This document shows positions 37,064 to 41,653 of a stretch of DNA of 41,653 bases, one piece after another; position 1 is the first letter of the stretch; each line of letters opens with the position of its first letter. The stretch comes from Promethearchaeota archaeon (lineage in GTDB: Archaea > Asgardarchaeota > Lokiarchaeia > Sigyniarchaeales > SOKP01). Under the pieces are notes generated by a model. That model was not told where the DNA came from. It saw only the letters and a program-made list of their open reading frames with translations, and ran no database searches. The stretch spans positions 1 to 41,653 of the forward strand of contig JABCSY010000028.1 of NCBI GenBank assembly GCA_018238625.1. Direction: 5' to 3'. The translations under genes and the position numbers were made by a program.

Positions 37064-38053
37064 ATGAGCTGTACCTTGATCGAAGAAATTTGGGTTGAAA
37101 AATACAGACCTCAGACATTTAACGAAATTGTAAGCCAAAATATCGCTATTAATAACTTAAAAGATTTCGTAAAAAGCGGTAACATGCCCCATATGATTTT
37201 TACGGGTCCTGCGGGCACAGGTAAAACAAGTACAGCGTTGATTATTGCTAAAAATGTGATTAAAAAACAGAATTATTTTGCAAATGTTTTAGAGTTGAAT
37301 GCATCTGACACCGTAAGAATGGACTATGTTAGAAACGCAATCAAAGGCTTCGTAAATCAAAATCTAGTTGTTGGGGATGATGCGTTAAAAGTTGTAATTC
37401 TTGACGAAGCGGACAATATACCTAAACAAGTTCAGCAGGCACTCAGGAGAATTATAGAAAAAACATCAAGTAACGTGAAATTTATATTGATATGTAATTA
37501 TATCAATAGAATAATCGATCCAATTATTTCAAGGTGTGCAGTATTTAGGTTTGCTAAATTACCTGAGGAGAAAATAATAGAGCGATTAAAGTTTATTTCA
37601 AAACAAGAAAAATTACAAATTCCCCAAATTCAAGCAAATGAATTTTACGAAGCGTTATTTTTTGTCTCAGGAGGAGATTTAAGAAAAGCTATTAATACTT
37701 TACAAATGTCCGTTGCGCTTGAGTTGTTAGACAATTTAGATTTAAACGAAGTTTTAAAGATTTCCGGTTTTTTGGATGGTTCAACGTTAGAAAAGTTAAT
37801 TAAAACGCTTCAATCTAAAAATTTTGAGGGAGCGAGAAAAATTTTTATTACAATTGAAAATTTAGACAGTAGAAATTTCCTAAGACAAATAATGGAAAGG
37901 TTAGGTAATCTAAATATAGAATCTAGCAATTATAACAAAATAATTTCTTTTATTGGAGAGATAGATTATAGAATTAGCCAAGGGGCAGATGCCAAAATTC
38001 AAATACTTGCTTTGATTGGTGAATTGATAAGAAATATCAAAATAGACACATAA
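37064..38053 (+). CDS. rfcS: Replication factor C small subunit
   Basis: WVEKYRP, GPAGTGKTS, LELNASD, ILDEAD, QQALRR, SRC and GGDLRKAIN motifs. Confidence 0.95.
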   Translation: MSCTLIEEIWVEKYRPQTFNEIVSQNIAINNLKDFVKSGNMPHMIFTGPAGTGKTSTALIIAKNVIKKQNYFANVLELNASDTVRMDYVRNAIKGFVNQNLVVGDDALKVVILDEADNIPKQVQQALRRIIEKTSSNVKFILICNYINRIIDPIISRCAVFRFAKLPEEKIIERLKFISKQEKLQIPQIQANEFYEALFFVSGGDLRKAINTLQMSVALELLDNLDLNEVLKISGFLDGSTLEKLIKTLQSKNFEGARKIFITIENLDSRNFLRQIMERLGNLNIESSNYNKIISFIGEIDYRISQGADAKIQILALIGELIRNIKIDT

Positions 38054-38079
38054 TTTTTATAATAAGGGAGGAAAAGGGC

Positions 38080-39126
38080 TTGCTTTCAGAAATTCCTATT
38101 TGGCGCGTTAAATATTTACCTAATGATTTAAATAATGTATGTGGCAGAGAGAACATTAAAGAAAGATTAACGGAATATATTAAAAGTAGAAATTTTCCAC
38201 ACTTGCTATTCGTAGGAACCGAAAGTATTGGAAAAACAACACTTGCACGCCTTTTTTCGAGAGAATTCTTGGGGAGATTTTATGACGCTAATTCAGAAGT
38301 GGTTTACGCAGATGTTCCGTTAACAGGCGAAGAGATGAAACAAGCTCGCTCAAATGCACACATATCAACTAGTAGGTTAGGAAGTTTGGCAGGAAAAACA
38401 ATTTCTACTCCTGCATTTATACAGGTTAAGATTAAGCCGTTTGTTTCAATAAAAGCTTTAGGGGATGTTCCGTTTAAAATTCTAATTGTAAAAAATTTTG
38501 ATTATTTAGGAGCTAATCAACAAGCTTTTCGGAGATTAATGGAAATTTATGGCACTAATTGTAGAATGATTTTGATTACGACAAAAATTTCAAAAATAAT
38601 TGATCCAATAATGAGTCGCTGCCAAATATTTTTAGTTTTGCCAGTTAATTATAGCTCTTTTGAAAGTCTTATACTTGATATTGCTCAAAAAGAATCCCTA
38701 AAAATTGAACGCGAAGTTATAGAATTTCTTTACAAAATCACAGGAGGGAAACTCTCGCGTGCGATAGATTTGTTACAACTTTGCTCTATAAATGGAGATG
38801 TTATTGACTTAGATATACTATACGACAATTCCATAAATTCTCAAAAGGACATGATAAGAAGCCTTCTATTAATGTGCTTCAAAGGAGACTTCCCTAAAGC
38901 GCGAGAATTATCTAGAAAAATTCAAACAAATTATAAATTTAATTCTCAAGAAATGTTTAAAATTATGCTAACCGAGCTTACAAAAATACCTTTAAGCAAG
39001 TATTCTAGAAGTAAATTGATAAATTTAATAGCAAATGCAGATTTTAGAGCGATTGATGGAAGAGATGTCGATATTCAAGTTTCGAATTTATTAGCAAAAA
39101 TCTGTTATTTTTCAGAATTTATTTAG
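38080..39126 (+). CDS. Second, divergent RFC small subunit with degenerate Walker B
   Basis: WRVKYLP, GTESIGKTT, IVKNFD (no DE), QQAFRRLME and MSRC; TTG start with GGAGG ribosome-binding site. Confidence 0.88.
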   Translation: MLSEIPIWRVKYLPNDLNNVCGRENIKERLTEYIKSRNFPHLLFVGTESIGKTTLARLFSREFLGRFYDANSEVVYADVPLTGEEMKQARSNAHISTSRLGSLAGKTISTPAFIQVKIKPFVSIKALGDVPFKILIVKNFDYLGANQQAFRRLMEIYGTNCRMILITTKISKIIDPIMSRCQIFLVLPVNYSSFESLILDIAQKESLKIEREVIEFLYKITGGKLSRAIDLLQLCSINGDVIDLDILYDNSINSQKDMIRSLLLMCFKGDFPKARELSRKIQTNYKFNSQEMFKIMLTELTKIPLSKYSRSKLINLIANADFRAIDGRDVDIQVSNLLAKICYFSEFI

Positions 39127-39135
39127 GTGAATTAT

Positions 39136-40497
39136 ATGGCAATAACTACTAATTCAAATATTACATGGGTGGAAAAATACAGGCCAAAGTCAATAAAAGA
39201 GATGGCACCTCCTGCTGCTAAAGTTGGTGGCCACAAAGTTGACTTAACAGAGGGATTACGCCGATTTGTAGTAGACTTTTTTAAAGAAAAAAGAAAAATT
39301 AACGAAACAAATAAAAAAATTCGAGCCTATAATCGCACTCACGAAGAAAAGGATCATAAAGAAGAACTAAAATTAGCCTCTAACAAAGCAGCAGCCTTAC
39401 TTGAGGGACCTCCAGGAGTAGGAAAAACTACCATAGCATATGCTTTAGCAAATGATCTGAATATGGAGGTTGTGGAGACTAATGCCTCAGATACTCGAAC
39501 TAAAAACGAATTAGAAGCCAAATTAAACGAAACTACAAAATCCCGAGGGATTATGGATTTTATAGTTGAAAGTAAAAGAAAATTGATTTTAATAGATGAA
39601 ATTGATGGAATTTACGGAGTTACTGATAGAGGGGCAGTCCCAACGATATTAAAACTTATAGAAGATACGCAATTTCCTATTATAATGTGTTCTAATGAAT
39701 ACAAGCAAAATCTTCAGTCATTGTACAAGAAAGTAAGAAAATTTGAGATATACCCCTTATCTAACGAAGAAGTGTCAAAAATCGCAAGAAAAATAATGAA
39801 AAAGGAAAAGATTTCAAACTTGAGCGAAAAAGATTTGAGTTTAATTGTTGAAAAAAACCACGGAGATTTGCGCGGAGTCATTAACGATTTGCAAGGCATA
39901 AGTCAAGGCTCTTTAGATAGGGACGCTAAAGAGTTGATTTTGAAGCTAAATAGGGATAGTACAGAAGAAATTTTTGTTTTGATTAGAGATTTGTTTCAAA
40001 AAACTAACACATTAATTGAAGCTCGAAGTTTAACGGATAAATCAGACGTAGATTATAATTTATTATACAAATGGGTAAACGAAAACCTTCCTACATTTAT
40101 TAGAATTAACAAGGAAATCGCTCATGCTTTAGAAAACCTATCTTTAGCAGACGAAATCTTTGGTAGAATCCGTAAAAACCAGTATTGGTCGTTACTACCT
40201 TACTTTTACGATCTTTTTGCTGGAGGCGTTGTTTTATCAAGAAAGCGGAGAAGGGTGGATGAAGGTTTTCGTAGAATAATGTTTCCAAGGTTCACATCTA
40301 CTGGCTTTTTTTCTTTATCAGCAAATGAAAAGTTATTAGTAGAAAAAATTCAAAAGAAGTACAAAATCTCAGATATCGAAGCAGTTCAAGATTTTATCCC
40401 ATTTCTAAAATCATTATGTAATTCTTCAAGAAAACAGTTAAAAAATGTAGGCGAGTGGTTTGAATTGGACGCTAAAGAAAAAAAGTTTTTGAAATAG
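39136..40497 (+). CDS. rfcL: Replication factor C large subunit
   Basis: WVEKYRP, GPPGVGKTT, ETNASDTR, LIDEIDG, GDLRGVINDLQ, W..EN and LS.AD motifs; ATG 39136 with GGTGA ribosome-binding site (track start 39127). Confidence 0.93.
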   Translation: MAITTNSNITWVEKYRPKSIKEMAPPAAKVGGHKVDLTEGLRRFVVDFFKEKRKINETNKKIRAYNRTHEEKDHKEELKLASNKAAALLEGPPGVGKTTIAYALANDLNMEVVETNASDTRTKNELEAKLNETTKSRGIMDFIVESKRKLILIDEIDGIYGVTDRGAVPTILKLIEDTQFPIIMCSNEYKQNLQSLYKKVRKFEIYPLSNEEVSKIARKIMKKEKISNLSEKDLSLIVEKNHGDLRGVINDLQGISQGSLDRDAKELILKLNRDSTEEIFVLIRDLFQKTNTLIEARSLTDKSDVDYNLLYKWVNENLPTFIRINKEIAHALENLSLADEIFGRIRKNQYWSLLPYFYDLFAGGVVLSRKRRRVDEGFRRIMFPRFTSTGFFSLSANEKLLVEKIQKKYKISDIEAVQDFIPFLKSLCNSSRKQLKNVGEWFELDAKEKKFLK

Positions 40498-40765
40498 AAT
40501 AATCTTGGAATGAAGATTATCTACTCTTTTTTGGGTAGAAAAAATATTCATATAAACAGATGTTAGAGATAATATATAGCTATTATGGAAATTTGAATAC
40601 CATTTTCGGAAATTATTTAAAATATTTTCTAATAATGACTAAGTAAATCAAATCTAATTTTTAATTCAATCCATAAATTTAGCGAATAAGTTATTAGAAA
40701 ATTCTTTTAATTGAGAGTAAATTTCAATTCATAACAAATAATAATTTAATAAAAATTGAATTAAA

Positions 40766-41440
40766 ATGGTTAACAAAGCAGAAGAACAAATATCTGAAGA
40801 AAAAGAAACGCAGATGTCTAAATCATCTCAATTAGTCTTACAAATAGCCGGCGCTGCCTTATTTGGAGCTCTTTCTATAGTATTCGCGGCATTTGTAACA
40901 CCATTTGTTCCGAGAGTTCCGGGATGGGGGATTGCTATTATAGATCCAGTGTCAATAATATGGGTAATGTGTTTTTTAATATTTGGAGCAAGATCTGGAT
41001 TACTTTGCTGTGTTCTTGGAACATTTGGTTTAATGCCATTTGATCCGTTTTCACCAATTGGTCCTTTGATGAAATTATCAGCAACAGTTGCCCTTATCAT
41101 AGTCCCTATTATGTTTTTAAAATTATATAAAACAAAAGATAGAGAAGAAAATATCCAAAAAATAAAAAATATTAGAAATTACGTTGTATACGGAATATTT
41201 GGAATAATCCTAAGAATATGTATTATGATGCTATTCAATTATTTATTGTTCATAACATTGTTTGCAGGCTTTTTAGCATCTGTTGATTTAAGCTTTATGT
41301 GGTTACCTGATATATCTGGTTGGACAGCGGTAATTATTGGAGTGATCGTTATTAATGCAGAAACGAGTGTATGGGATTTAGTAATACCTTATTTAATTGT
41401 TTTTGGATTAAAAATTGATGAAAAATTCGCGATTTGGTAA
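40766..41440 (+). CDS. ECF transporter S-component-like membrane protein
   Basis: About 5-6 TM helices, N-terminal AxxxA (AALFGALS) and D.......L.FG..SG pattern; substrate not assignable. Confidence 0.6.
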   Translation: MVNKAEEQISEEKETQMSKSSQLVLQIAGAALFGALSIVFAAFVTPFVPRVPGWGIAIIDPVSIIWVMCFLIFGARSGLLCCVLGTFGLMPFDPFSPIGPLMKLSATVALIIVPIMFLKLYKTKDREENIQKIKNIRNYVVYGIFGIILRICIMMLFNYLLFITLFAGFLASVDLSFMWLPDISGWTAVIIGVIVINAETSVWDLVIPYLIVFGLKIDEKFAIW

Positions 41441-41584
41441 TTTCTTATTTTTTCTTTTCTTTTTTTGAGATTTTCAGAATTTTTTGAATTTTAATAATTA
41501 AAATGATATGTAATTAAGGATCCTAAATTAATAAAAATAGAAACAAATTTTAATTTTAAATGGTATTCTAATAAGACGATTATA

Positions 41585-41653
41585 ATGGTTCAAAAAGATT
41601 TCAAGCATATAATATTTAAAATCGAGGATAATATCGGAGTAATCACTTTAAAT
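41585..41653 (+). CDS. Enoyl-CoA hydratase/isomerase-family protein, 5' fragment
   Basis: MVQKDFKHIIFKIEDNIGVITLN matches the typical crotonase N-terminus (..I.LNRP); runs off the window. Confidence 0.6.
   Translation, partial: MVQKDFKHIIFKIEDNIGVITLN

Noticed and set aside
19807-41100. Other short track ORFs nested in or antisense to fadD, cobB, UPF0182, the repeat protein, rfcL and the ECF gene
   Set aside because: They overlap confident genes and show shadow-frame composition.
1-41653. CRISPR array, IS element, integrase, rRNA or tRNA
   Set aside because: No regularly spaced repeats, transposase/integrase motifs or GC-rich stable-RNA signatures seen by eye.

Overview
AT-rich archaeal chromosomal window, most likely Asgard (Lokiarchaeia-like). 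This is inferred from the combination of a Rab-like small GTPase, proteasome alpha subunit, archaeal RFC genes, PolB2 and tandem acyl-CoA ligases, with TATA-type promoters and oligo-T terminators. Left to right: a 5'-truncated GH4 glycosidase; a two-gene unit with a 2538-aa almost wholly transmembrane repeat protein; two paralogous ~55-aa microproteins missed by the ORF track; small membrane proteins; and an unannotated, highly structured ~230-nt minus-strand RNA with its own promoter and terminator. Next come a PolB2 / small partner / inactive RadA-like module split by an amidohydrolase-DUF3795-RelE/ParE insert, three tandem FadD-like ligases, a sirtuin, the GTPase, psmA and a UPF0182 protein. 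The right part holds a winged-helix protein, a 1622-aa helical repeat protein, an RHH regulator, small conserved and Zn-finger proteins, a GNAT + three-gene RFC operon, an ECF S-component-like gene and the start of an enoyl-CoA hydratase. The best candidate for something undescribed is the multi-junction ncRNA at 11934-12161. No tRNA, rRNA, CRISPR array or transposase was seen. All family calls are from motif reading only; no searches were run.
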